Of a DNA stretch of 64,000 bases, positions 10,314 to 19,800 are shown piece after piece (within the stretch, counting starts at the first letter, position 1; each line of letters starts with the position of its first letter). The position numbers were made by a program, and so were the translations under genes. The DNA comes from an uncultured bacterium (GTDB lineage: Bacteria > SAR324 > NAC60-12). The notes below the pieces were generated by a model. The model had not been told where the DNA came from, searched no databases, and saw only the letters and a program-made list of their open reading frames with translations. The stretch is from assembly GCA_964010765.1 (NCBI GenBank), contig CAXGMD010000002.1, forward strand, positions 32,001 to 96,000, given 5' to 3'.

Positions 10314-10909
10314 TGAAAGTTTCGTGGTTGCAGGACCAACTACCCCGGTTGGCTGAACACCTAGAATCAAGTGCAGAGGAACTGAACGGCCTAGATGCCC
10401 AACTTGGGGATGGTGACCTCGGGGTGACAATGGTTCGCGGGGGTCGGCAGCTTCTGGAGATTCGGGAAGAACTTCCTGATGATTGGGGAACGGCGCTGCT
10501 AAAGTGTGCCCAAGCCTTTACCAAAACCAGTGGCTCCAGTTACGGGACCATCCTGGCTACAGGTTTGATGGCGATGGCCAAGCAGAAGAAGGGGCAGGCA
10601 GAATTGGATGCTACTGAGTGGGCTGGTCTACTCAAATTGGCACTGGAGGCAATGCAACAACGTGGCAAAGCAGAGTTGGGTCAGAAGACCGTCTTGGACC
10701 CACTCTCAGCAGCGCAGATGAAATTAGAAAGTGCTCCTGAAGCAAGTCTCACTGATCTGATCGAGGTGGTGCAGCAAACGATAGATGACTTCAGGGATAA
10801 GCCCTGCCAAATTGGCAGAGCTCGCATTTTTCAGGACAAGTCAATTGGCTTGGATGATCCTGGAATGGTTGCATTCAAAAGGCTTCTTGAGGGTCTCGAT
10901 TCCAATTAG
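10310..10909 (+). CDS. dhaL: Dihydroxyacetone kinase L subunit (Dak2 domain)
   Basis: LDAQLGDGDLG, GQKTVLD, GRAR, DPG. ATG at 10310 overlaps the dhaK stop (ATGA), so it is preferred over the 10241 start in the track. Confidence 0.85.
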   Translation: MMKVSWLQDQLPRLAEHLESSAEELNGLDAQLGDGDLGVTMVRGGRQLLEIREELPDDWGTALLKCAQAFTKTSGSSYGTILATGLMAMAKQKKGQAELDATEWAGLLKLALEAMQQRGKAELGQKTVLDPLSAAQMKLESAPEASLTDLIEVVQQTIDDFRDKPCQIGRARIFQDKSIGLDDPGMVAFKRLLEGLDSN

Positions 10910-10999
10910 TAGACTAGATCCTAAAGGTAATTCCTCCTAAGGAATGTCTCCACCCTCAATTTTAGATAAAATCGTTGAAGATAAATACTGTGGGTAAGA

Positions 11000-11317
11000 T
11001 CCTCTCGGTCGTTCAAATCACACTGATGAGTTGGCCCGCAAATATACGACGCCAATCCTCAAGGATGAACGGATAACGGATTCTGGCCAACCAACAGGGG
11101 AATCTTTAAGACCTTTGAAACGGCAAGATCTCTTGTCGATGGTGGCCTGCGAAAAATTGAAATTGGCTGATCCTGATTTTACCGGGAAGAAACACTACAA
11201 TATGCGGTTACCTTGGGCAGAAGCATATCCAAGGCTGTTTACGGTGAACTGAACTCACAGCAGGCTTTGGATGAGGCTGCTGAAGAATGTGCCAAGATTT
11301 ACAGAAACTTGGAATAG
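11000..11317 (+). pseudogene. Decayed C-terminal remnant of a family-1 extracellular solute-binding protein
   Basis: One frame reads ...FETARSLVDGGLRKIEIG*S*FYREETLQYAVTLGRSISKAVYGELNSQQALDEAAEECAKIYRNLE* (TAG at 11315-11317), with several internal stops. The ending matches the typical CUT1 SBP C-terminal helix pattern. Confidence 0.55.
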
Positions 11318-11450
11318 ATAACCAAAAGTAACACAACGAGAACTTCCTTCCTTACTTAAGAAAACTGGTTACAAGATCTAAGACTTCTCCTGTCATTGCC
11401 CTGATGGTTAATGATACTTTCTACTCTCCTTCGTCTGCTTCCGCCTTAAT

Positions 11451-12482
11451 ATGATTTCTGAAAATAGCCGTCACTTATATCTGCAACTCCTGCGGGTTAG
11501 AACTTTTGAAGACCGAGTGGGTGAATTATTTCTTCAGGGGGGAAGCGCTGGAACCATGCTTCATTTGTCCATTGGAGAGGAAGCTCCAGCAGTTGGAGTT
11601 GCTGAAGCGATGCAGCCCAAGGATAGTTTTACAACCCATCATCGTGGTCATGGAATTTTTCTCGCTCGAGGTGCGGACCCGAAAAGAATGCTCGCTGAAA
11701 TAGCTGGAAAAGAAGCCGGTTACTGTCGAGGGAAGGGTGGTTCCATGCACATTGCGGATCGAAAATTAGGTCATCTTGGGGCAAATGCGATCGTGGGTGG
11801 AGGGATTCCTCATGTCGTTGGTGCTGGATTGAGTTACCAACTTCTAAAAATTCCTGCGGTTTCCATCGCTTTCTTTGGTGATGGAGCCATGCAGCAGGGA
11901 AATTTATACGAAAGTATGAATCTGGCCGCGCTTTGGAAACTTCCAGTCCTCTTTGTTTGTATCAACAATCAATATGGAATGGGGACTAGACTCGACCAGG
12001 CTAGTGCATCCCTTGAGTTTGTAAAGCGTGCCGAGTCTTTTGGGTTAGTTGGCAAAGAGGTGTCAGGACTTGATGTGGAAGAAGTAAAAAAAGAGGCAGT
12101 GGATATTTTAGAGTTGGCGCGTGCAGGGAAACCATCTTTCATGAAAATTGACTGCTATCGCTTCCATGGGCATGCGAGGAAAGACAAGAGTCCCTATCGA
12201 GATCAGAATGAGGAAGAGGAAGGTCGAAAAAAAGATCCCATAAAATTTCAGGCAGATCGATTAATAGAACAAGGAGTCTCCGCCTCGGAGATGGATAGTT
12301 TGCACAAAAAGGTTGCTGATGAAATGGATGAAGCTTTGATTTTCGCCTTGGAAACTCAGGAACCTTTGTTGAATTCAATGTTCGAAGATGTCTATGCCCC
12401 TAATTTGACGCATCCAGAATCTGTCGGGTCAAGGATTGATCGTGCACTGTACTCTGATATCCTTGAGGGGGACTATCGATGA
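11451..12482 (+). CDS. TPP-dependent dehydrogenase E1 alpha (divergent AcoA/PdhA family)
   Basis: LHLSIGEEA, HHRGHG, GKGGSMH, GDGAMQQG...INNQY, YRFHGH. Confidence 0.88.
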   Translation: MISENSRHLYLQLLRVRTFEDRVGELFLQGGSAGTMLHLSIGEEAPAVGVAEAMQPKDSFTTHHRGHGIFLARGADPKRMLAEIAGKEAGYCRGKGGSMHIADRKLGHLGANAIVGGGIPHVVGAGLSYQLLKIPAVSIAFFGDGAMQQGNLYESMNLAALWKLPVLFVCINNQYGMGTRLDQASASLEFVKRAESFGLVGKEVSGLDVEEVKKEAVDILELARAGKPSFMKIDCYRFHGHARKDKSPYRDQNEEEEGRKKDPIKFQADRLIEQGVSASEMDSLHKKVADEMDEALIFALETQEPLLNSMFEDVYAPNLTHPESVGSRIDRALYSDILEGDYR

Positions 12483-13456
12483 AAGAGATGACCTATCGGG
12501 ATGCCCTGCGTTTGGGCCTTCAGGAATCAATGCAGTCTGATCCAACTATCGTAATCTTGGGAGAGGAGGTTGGGAGATACGGGGGCGCATATGGGGTTAC
12601 CAAGGGGCTTCTTCAAGAATTTGGGGAAGACTGGGTAAGAGATACTCCAATCTCAGAAGAAATATTAGTGGGAGCGGCGGTTGGAGCAGCAATGACTGGT
12701 TTGCGACCTGTTGCAGAGTTGATGTACGTCGATTTTATCACACTGGCGATGGATCAATTGGTGAACCAGGCTGCCAAGATCCGCTATATGTTTGGTGGGC
12801 AAATCAGTGTTCCGATGATGTTGCGAAGCCAAGGTGGTACAGGTAGATCTGCAGCAGCTCAACATTCACAAAGTCTGGAAGCCTGGGTGATGCATACTCC
12901 AGGATTGCACTTGGCAATGCCAGCTGATGCGACAGACGCCTACGTCTTGATCAAACATGCACTGACACTTGCTGATCCAGTAGTATTTCTGGAGCACAAA
13001 GGTTTGTACGCCCAAAGCTTTCCCTTTAATCCTGAATCCGCTCCCCCTTGGGGCAGGGCTAAGATCAGTCGGTCAGGCAATGATTGTTCAATTATTTGTT
13101 ACTCCAGAATGGTTCAGCGCTCTCTGGAGGCGGCGGCCCAACTAGCTGAGTTGGGGGTGGAGGTGGAAGTTGTTGACCTGAGGACCTTGCATCCTCTGGA
13201 TATGGAAACAGTAACAAAATCTGTCCGAAAGACAGGGCGGGCTCTTGTGGTCACGGAGGACTGCCTGACAGCCGGTGTAAGCGCCGAGTTGTCAGCCAGA
13301 ATCACGGAAGAAAACTTTGAGTACCTGGAAGAACCCGTCCTGCGAATGGCTGGAGAGGATATTCCCATCCCTGTATCTCCTGCTTTGGAAGCTGTATCGG
13401 TGCCCACCAATGAAAGCATCAGACAAAGTATTCTCAAATTGATGCGAAAAAAATGA
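12479..13456 (+). CDS. TPP-dependent dehydrogenase E1 beta (AcoB/PdhB family)
   Basis: GEEVGRYGGAYGVTKGL, DTPISE, RPVAELMYVDF, AAAQHSQ, VDLRTLHPLD; ATGA overlap with the alpha gene. Confidence 0.88.
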   Translation: MKEMTYRDALRLGLQESMQSDPTIVILGEEVGRYGGAYGVTKGLLQEFGEDWVRDTPISEEILVGAAVGAAMTGLRPVAELMYVDFITLAMDQLVNQAAKIRYMFGGQISVPMMLRSQGGTGRSAAAQHSQSLEAWVMHTPGLHLAMPADATDAYVLIKHALTLADPVVFLEHKGLYAQSFPFNPESAPPWGRAKISRSGNDCSIICYSRMVQRSLEAAAQLAELGVEVEVVDLRTLHPLDMETVTKSVRKTGRALVVTEDCLTAGVSAELSARITEENFEYLEEPVLRMAGEDIPIPVSPALEAVSVPTNESIRQSILKLMRKK

Positions 13457-14751
13457 GTACTGAACTAAGACTTCCTCGGCTTGGAGAGACAATGGAGGAG
13501 GGGATTGTTGTCACTTGGAACCTTTCGGAGGGTGAGAGTTTTGAGCGGGGGGATACCCTGCTGGAGGTGGAAACTGATAAAATGGTTGCCGAAGTTCCAG
13601 CTCTGGAGTCTGGAACCCTGCTGGAAATTTTGGTCGAAGAGCAGGCAAAAGTAAAAGTTGGAGATATCCTCGCGCTAATTGATCCCTCAGAAAAAAGTCC
13701 CAGAAAAACTGAAATCCCAATCAAGACGGAACAGTCTGCCTCAAAAAACAACCCGGAATCTCCCCCTCTTTCATACGATCCCTCGCAATCCTTGGCACAT
13801 GATGAAAAAGTTCTGGACCTGATCCGCGCAATTCCCGGTGCAAGAAGACTAGCCAAACGTGATGGCATCGATTTAAAGACAATCATTGGAACTGGGCCAG
13901 CTGGTAGAATTGAGAGATTTGATGTTGTTAAAGTTTTTCAAAATGAACCAGCGGTAGCTTCCCCCAAAAAATCTTTGGGGCCACAAATGGGACCTGGTGG
14001 AATTCGTTTTCTGAGACGAGGAAAACAAAGCGGTACTCCTGTCGTACTATTGCATGGCTTTGCATCGGATCTTCATTCGTGGAGGCTAATCCATGGTCCT
14101 TTGTCACGTCATCGAGATGTTATTGCCTTGGAACTTCCTGGGCATGGTGAGTCTGGAGGTTGGCAAAGGAGTGGGGGTGTGCAGGCCTTAGCTCAACATC
14201 TTGAGCAGGTCATTATAGAACTTGAACTAGGGACAGTCGATCTTGTTGGTCACTCCCTTGGAGGAGCGATTGCTGTTTGTTTGGCTTCTCAGCAAACCAA
14301 CATGGTTCGTCGGCTGACGCTGTTGGCTCCAGTCGGATTCGGCACTGAAATAAATTTGTCTGCTGTCGAGCAATTTACAGAAGAACTTTCAGTGTCAGAA
14401 ATCGAGCTTGCTCTGTCTCGTCTTTTTTATGATTTACGATGGGTTAGTAAGGATTTGATTGAAGCCACCAAGAAAAATTTTGGTAGCTCAAGCCGGAGAG
14501 TTCAGGCGAGGAATCTTTTAAAGAGTATCTTCCCATCGGGAAGTCAGGAATGGGATGGCCAGAGTTTATTGAGCAAATTGAATCAGCCAGTTCGCATAAT
14601 ATGGGGGGAAGAAGATTTGATCCTCCCCGTCAGACACCTCAATGGATTGCCAGGTTGGGTTGCCCAACACCGACTTTCAAAGGTGGGACATGTGCCTCAA
14701 ATTGAAGCTGCACCGCTACTGTTGAGAATTTTACAGGCTGACCCGGCTTAA
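13453..14751 (+). CDS. AcoC-like E2: lipoyl domain, E3/E1-binding domain and alpha/beta-hydrolase fold
   Basis: Lipoyl Lys ETDKM; peripheral-subunit-binding motif PGARRLAKRDGIDLKTIIGTGPAGRI; hydrolase motifs LLHGF, GHSLGG, GHVPQIE. Confidence 0.85.
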   Translation: MSTELRLPRLGETMEEGIVVTWNLSEGESFERGDTLLEVETDKMVAEVPALESGTLLEILVEEQAKVKVGDILALIDPSEKSPRKTEIPIKTEQSASKNNPESPPLSYDPSQSLAHDEKVLDLIRAIPGARRLAKRDGIDLKTIIGTGPAGRIERFDVVKVFQNEPAVASPKKSLGPQMGPGGIRFLRRGKQSGTPVVLLHGFASDLHSWRLIHGPLSRHRDVIALELPGHGESGGWQRSGGVQALAQHLEQVIIELELGTVDLVGHSLGGAIAVCLASQQTNMVRRLTLLAPVGFGTEINLSAVEQFTEELSVSEIELALSRLFYDLRWVSKDLIEATKKNFGSSSRRVQARNLLKSIFPSGSQEWDGQSLLSKLNQPVRIIWGEEDLILPVRHLNGLPGWVAQHRLSKVGHVPQIEAAPLLLRILQADPA

Positions 14752-14784
14752 AATTTTTTCGATTCTGACAAATCAGGGGAACAC

Positions 14785-16284
14785 ATGCAGAAAAGATATG
14801 TCATTGGGGTAGACGGCGGAACTGAGTCGCTTCGTGCCGGAGTCTTCGATCTCTTGGGGAATCCACTTGCCTTCGCATCAGTGACTTATCCGACTGACTT
14901 TCCAGTTCCCGGTTGGGCAGAACAAAATCCAGAAGATTGGTGGAATGCTCTCGGGGGGGCTGTTCGCCAAGCGGTGATCGATGCCAAAGTGGGCAAGCAG
15001 GAAATCTTAGGTCTTTGTCTGGATACGACTTGTTGCAGTGTTGTGGTCCTGGATGGTGCTGGAAATCCACTGAGACCCGCCTTGATCTGGATGGACATGC
15101 GTTCTGCTCCGCAGACAGAGCAAGTCTTGGCAACGGAGGATCCCGCGCTACAAGTCAACAGTAATGGAAATGGGCCAGTCAGTGCTGAGTGGATGATTCC
15201 AAAGTCATTATGGATTCACCAAAATGAACCTGAAATTTTCCGGAATGCAGAGACTATCTGTGAGTTCCAAGATTACTTAAATCTTCACCTGACAGGCAAG
15301 CGAGTTGCCAGCATCAACAATGTCTCAGTACGATGGCACTATGGGCCTGGCTGGGGTGGCTGGCCGACTAGCATGGTTGAAAATTTAGGGATGCCGGAGT
15401 TGTTGACAAAATGGCCAGAAACAGTTCTCAGATTGGGCGAAGAAATTGGAAGCTTGACATCAAGTGCCGCCTCTCATTTGGATCTCCAAGAAGGTTTGCC
15501 TGTTCTGCAAGGTGGTGCTGATGCTTTTATTGGGATGATTGGTCTGGGTGTAGTGGATCCGGGAAGTCTTGCATTTATTACAGGTTCTTCTCATCTCCAC
15601 CTAGGGTTGAGTTCTCAGGCTTTCCACGGTCAGGGAATTTGGGGAACCTATGCTGATGCAGTAGTCCCTGGACTGCATGTGGTGGAGGGTGGTCAAACCT
15701 CAACAGGTTCTGTAGTCAGCTGGATTCGTAGAACTTTAGGCAACCCATCCTACGAAGAATTGAATGAAGAGGCAGCTCAATTGGAACCTGGATCAGAAGG
15801 AGTTATTACTCAGGAACATTTTCAGGGAAACCGAACTCCTCACACGGATCCTCTTTCACGGGGCGTCATTAGTGGGCTAACGTTAAAACATGAACGCGGC
15901 CATCTATTTCGAGCCACCCTAGAGGGGATTGCTTTTGGAACTGAATTGATCCTTGAAACAATGAGGAATAATGGTTTCGCAGCGGAAACCGTTGTCTTGG
16001 CGGGAGGAGCTACTAGATCGAATCTGTGGCTACAAATTCATGCGGATGTTTCCAATTTACCCTTGACTCTGACTAAGGTTCCAGACGCTCCGGCACTAGG
16101 CTCAGCGATCTTGGCAGCAGTTGGTTCAGGAGCTTTTAGTGATATTGGCAGTGCGGCTCGGAAAATGGTGCAGATTGATAGGGTGATCGAACCGAACTCA
16201 GAAACTCATGGTCTTTATCAGCCTTTTTATCATAGTTACCGAGAGCACTATCTAGCCATGAAAAACGCTCGATCTGGTTTGTGA
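14785..16284 (+). CDS. FGGY-family carbohydrate kinase (ribulokinase/xylulokinase-like)
   Basis: IGVDGGTES, WAEQNPEDWW, IWMDMRS, GGADA, GNRTP, EGIAFG, AGGATRSNLWLQIHADV. Confidence 0.88.
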   Translation: MQKRYVIGVDGGTESLRAGVFDLLGNPLAFASVTYPTDFPVPGWAEQNPEDWWNALGGAVRQAVIDAKVGKQEILGLCLDTTCCSVVVLDGAGNPLRPALIWMDMRSAPQTEQVLATEDPALQVNSNGNGPVSAEWMIPKSLWIHQNEPEIFRNAETICEFQDYLNLHLTGKRVASINNVSVRWHYGPGWGGWPTSMVENLGMPELLTKWPETVLRLGEEIGSLTSSAASHLDLQEGLPVLQGGADAFIGMIGLGVVDPGSLAFITGSSHLHLGLSSQAFHGQGIWGTYADAVVPGLHVVEGGQTSTGSVVSWIRRTLGNPSYEELNEEAAQLEPGSEGVITQEHFQGNRTPHTDPLSRGVISGLTLKHERGHLFRATLEGIAFGTELILETMRNNGFAAETVVLAGGATRSNLWLQIHADVSNLPLTLTKVPDAPALGSAILAAVGSGAFSDIGSAARKMVQIDRVIEPNSETHGLYQPFYHSYREHYLAMKNARSGL

Positions 16285-16295
16285 GCACCAAAGCC

Positions 16296-18245
16296 CTAGT
16301 TCATATTTTCAGTCCACTGATGACTGAGGCGTTTTACAGAAATCCCTGCTTTTTTCATGTGACGATAAATTGTTTTTCGATCACATCCCATACGTTTGGA
16401 GACTGCTGAGATATTCCAATTCATTTCCTCCAGCAAATCGTAGAGTGAGATTGATTCAGGATCCTGTTCTGCAGATGTTTTAAAGGTTATTGATGGATCC
16501 GATTTGCTTTTTCCTCCAAATTGAATTTCCTCTGGCAAGTCACTCAAATTGATGTGACCTTCCCCAAGAAGTTTTGCCAATTCAAGAATGTTTTCAAGCT
16601 GCCGAATATTCCCAGGCCACCCATACTGGAGCAACACTTCTTCGGCTTCTCTAGAGATGGTGGTCACTGATTCTTTCTGTCCTTTGTGTTGTTTTGCCAG
16701 AATTCGATTGATCAACCATTTGAGATCCTCACGTTCTCTAAGTGCGGGCATCGTGAAAGTAATGCCTGCTACACGGTAGTATAAATCTTCTCTGAATTCA
16801 CCGGCTTCTACCAACTCACGCAAGTTGCGGTGGGAAGCACAAATCACCCGAATATGAATATGCTTCGTCTTTGATGAACCAATACGCATCAACTCCTTTT
16901 CAGCAAGTACTCTGAGCAACCTGGCCTGCAGATTCAGAGGCATATCCCCAATTTCATCCAAGAAAAGAATTCCACCATTCGCCTGTTCGATGAGGCCGAT
17001 TTTCCCTTTTGCTCTGGCTCCGGTGAAGGCACCATTTTCGTAACCAAATAGCTCACTTTCAATTAAGTTTTCAGGAATGGCTGCACAGTTAATCGCAATG
17101 AATGGACCTGGGACTCTGCGCATTCCATGGATGTATTTTGCAAGAAATTCCTTGCCTGTTCCGGTTTCACCTTGGAGTAGGATATTAACCTCTGCTTCAA
17201 CCAGTTTGTCGAGCTTGTGCGCGATGCTCTCCATCTTTTTATCACCCCCATGGAGTACCCCATAAGCTTTGTAAGGTGTATCTCCAAGAGTGTTTCTGAC
17301 TGGTTGTCTAGTTTGTGTTGCACTGATGAAGTAGGTTTCTCCGTTGTGCATGCGTACCAATCGTTTATGGACAGGAGTGTTCCGATTCATTAACGGTAGC
17401 TCTTCCATCCGCAATTCAAAGTAGTCGGACAACAGTTCATTCAGAACTTCATTTCCTTGATGAATCCCCTTTTTTGGATTCAGCAGAGCCAGGGCTTTGC
17501 TCGTCATTCCATTGATCCTTCCACTCGAATTCAGCGAAATTGCGTAATCTGGAGCAATCTCCAGGAAGACGGATGACTTGCTGAATGTAACGAGCCACTC
17601 CGATTTGTAGTTATTGATTAAGGCCGCCATTTCAATTCTTGAGGCCCAGATACTCACTAACTGTTGGGCAAATGATTGCGAGTTTTTTGATCTGGGAGCT
17701 TGGAGAGCTGAGACGTCAAGTACAGCCGCCAAATTACCAAAAGGATCATAGATTGGAGCTGCTGTGCAGGTGAGTGAGATATGGGAGGCATGGAAATGAT
17801 CTGTTTTGTGAACTGTGATCGGTTTTCCAGTGTAGATACAGGCACCGATGCCATTAGTCCCTACCTTTTCCTCTAACCATTCTGCTCCTAAATAAAGACC
17901 TGCTTTGCGAAAAGCTGATTCCTTATCAGGATCACAAAGGTAATCCAAAGTGACTCCCTGAGAATTAGTCAGTAACACCACATAATTATACCCAACAATT
18001 TCCTGGTATAGAGTTTCGAGGCCGAATCTGGCTGTTCTCAATAAATCTTCAGCTTCATCAACATGTTCACGAAGATTTTCTTCTGGGAGAATGTAGGCAG
18101 ATCTTCTTTCAAACGGATTTAGCTCATGGACTTGGATGCATCTGCGCCAAGAATCAATAATTTCTTGGTCTCGATCCCCTTGGTGGGTCTCATTAATGAC
18201 ACTTTGGATCTCCTCAACGTGTAACACGTCTTGACTCTGATTCAT
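16296..18245 (-). CDS. acoR: Sigma-54-dependent GAF-domain enhancer-binding activator (AcoR family)
   Basis: DSWRRC, GTNGIG GAF motif, GETGTGKE, GAFTGA, LFLDEIGDM, FREDLYYR, WPGNIRQLEN, C-terminal Fis HTH. ATG at 18245 follows RBS GGGGAGG. Confidence 0.88.
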   Translation of the reverse strand: MNQSQDVLHVEEIQSVINETHQGDRDQEIIDSWRRCIQVHELNPFERRSAYILPEENLREHVDEAEDLLRTARFGLETLYQEIVGYNYVVLLTNSQGVTLDYLCDPDKESAFRKAGLYLGAEWLEEKVGTNGIGACIYTGKPITVHKTDHFHASHISLTCTAAPIYDPFGNLAAVLDVSALQAPRSKNSQSFAQQLVSIWASRIEMAALINNYKSEWLVTFSKSSVFLEIAPDYAISLNSSGRINGMTSKALALLNPKKGIHQGNEVLNELLSDYFELRMEELPLMNRNTPVHKRLVRMHNGETYFISATQTRQPVRNTLGDTPYKAYGVLHGGDKKMESIAHKLDKLVEAEVNILLQGETGTGKEFLAKYIHGMRRVPGPFIAINCAAIPENLIESELFGYENGAFTGARAKGKIGLIEQANGGILFLDEIGDMPLNLQARLLRVLAEKELMRIGSSKTKHIHIRVICASHRNLRELVEAGEFREDLYYRVAGITFTMPALREREDLKWLINRILAKQHKGQKESVTTISREAEEVLLQYGWPGNIRQLENILELAKLLGEGHINLSDLPEEIQFGGKSKSDPSITFKTSAEQDPESISLYDLLEEMNWNISAVSKRMGCDRKTIYRHMKKAGISVKRLSHQWTENMN

Positions 18246-18404
18246 TTTTCCTCCCCTAATTGCCAAAAAAACCAGATCTAATCCCCTGAATCTTCAGGCT
18301 GGCTGGATAAGCGTAACCTAGATTTAAAAATTAAATTCTTAAATTAATCCTTTTGAAAAAAAATTATGTTTGGTTATTTGATTAAGCGAAGCACTAACAG
18401 AATT

Positions 18405-18437
18405 CAAATGTTTTATCAAATGTTTTATCAAATGTTT
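18405..18437. repeat. 12-bp tandem repeat CAAATGTTTTAT, about 2.75 copies
   Basis: caaatgttttat caaatgttttat caaatgttt in the AT-rich acoR/acoA intergenic region. Confidence 0.85.
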
Positions 18438-18740
18438 GCTCAGGAAATTTAAATTTTGAACATGTCAATTAAATGAAGAAATTTTAACTCAATTTTTGTA
18501 TCAAAATGTTTTCCAAAATTAAAATTTTAGCATGAATATAAACGAATATCTCATTATGAGTAACTCAATCGTCGTGATGATCTAAGAACAATTGAGCTAA
18601 GCAAAAGTTTGGTCTAGTTCCCGAGATCTCGTTCATTAGAATGGGACAAATACCCCAAACGCCCCAAAGTAAATTCTGTCTTGCCCCACTTTTTTAAATC
18701 AGAAAATGCATAAGTCGCTGAAATGAAGTATGAATTTAAT

Positions 18741-18755
18741 TGGCACAGAATCTGT
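18741..18755 (+). promoter_or_regulatory. Putative sigma-54 -24/-12 promoter for acoA2-acoB2-acoC
   Basis: TGGCAC-AGAAT-CTGT: perfect -24 element with correct spacing, but -12 reads GT instead of GC. It lies about 75 nt upstream of the acoA ATG, divergent from a sigma-54 activator. Confidence 0.6.
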
Positions 18756-18828
18756 CTCTTTTCAACATGACAACAAGTCATTTTTCATATCTTTGCCTCA
18801 CTTAACATTCAGATTTAGGGAGTAGCAC

Positions 18829-19800
18829 ATGAGCCTGAGTGAATCCAAATTATTGCAAGCGTACCGCAAGATGCGTCAGATCCGCGATTTTGAGGATCGA
18901 GTCCATGAGGAGTTTGCCACTGGGATTATTCCTGGGTTTGTCCATCTTTACGCTGGTGAGGAAGCCTCTGCAGTTGGCTTCTGCATGCACCTCAATGACG
19001 AAGACCGCATTGCCAGCACTCATAGAGGCCATGGTCACTGCATCGCCAAGGGGGTAGAGATCAACGGGATGATGTCGGAGATCTTCGGTCGCCGCAATGG
19101 CACCTGTGCCGGCAAAGGTGGTTCGATGCATATCGCAGACTTGGAAAAGGGGATGATGGGGGCCAATGGGATCGTCGGTGCGGGGCCTCCCTTGATCTGT
19201 GGAGCGGGCCTAGCAGCCAAGTTCCGCAAGAACGGTGGGGTGGCGATCGCCTTTGTAGGCGATGGAGGCTCCAACCAGGGAACGACGATGGAGTCATTGA
19301 ATCTGGCTTCTGTCTGGAATCTGCCCTGTATCTTTGTGGCTGAGAACAACGGCTATGCAGAGGCGACGTCGAGTAAATGGTCGGTTTCCTGTGAGAACAT
19401 TGCCGACCGTGCGGCAGCCTTTGGGATGCCGGGGGTGGTTGTGGATGGGCATGATTTCTTTGCGGTCTATGAGGTAGCTGGCGAAGCGATCAAACGCGCC
19501 CGTGAAGGAGGAGGCCCAACATTAGTGGAGTGCAAGATCAACCGCTACTACGGTCACTTTGAAGGAGATGCCCAGACGTACCGAACGATTGATGAGGTAA
19601 AAAATATCAAGGAGAACAAGGACTGCCTGATGCTCTTTGCCAAGCGGGTGACCGAGCAGGGTTTGTTGACCCAGGCGCAGTTGGACGCCATTGACAAGGA
19701 GGTTGCCGCAGAGATTGAAGCTTCAGTCGTTCATGCGAAGTCTTCAGCGAAGCCGACAGAGGTAGACCTGCTGACAGACGTATATGTCAGTTATCCTTGA
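18829..19800 (+). CDS. acoA: Acetoin dehydrogenase E1 alpha, copy 2
   Basis: Same protein as 5283-6254 except at the N-terminus (MSLSESKL vs MNLNETQL); RBS GGGGAG. Confidence 0.9.
   Translation: MSLSESKLLQAYRKMRQIRDFEDRVHEEFATGIIPGFVHLYAGEEASAVGFCMHLNDEDRIASTHRGHGHCIAKGVEINGMMSEIFGRRNGTCAGKGGSMHIADLEKGMMGANGIVGAGPPLICGAGLAAKFRKNGGVAIAFVGDGGSNQGTTMESLNLASVWNLPCIFVAENNGYAEATSSKWSVSCENIADRAAAFGMPGVVVDGHDFFAVYEVAGEAIKRAREGGGPTLVECKINRYYGHFEGDAQTYRTIDEVKNIKENKDCLMLFAKRVTEQGLLTQAQLDAIDKEVAAEIEASVVHAKSSAKPTEVDLLTDVYVSYP

Noticed and set aside
11031..11252. 73-aa ORF in the track (MARKYTTP...)
   Set aside because: TTG start and no recognisable features; the SBP-like signal lies in a different, stop-interrupted frame.
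18405..18437. Short repeats as a CRISPR array or iterons
   Set aside because: Contiguous 12-bp units without spacers; no cas or rep genes.
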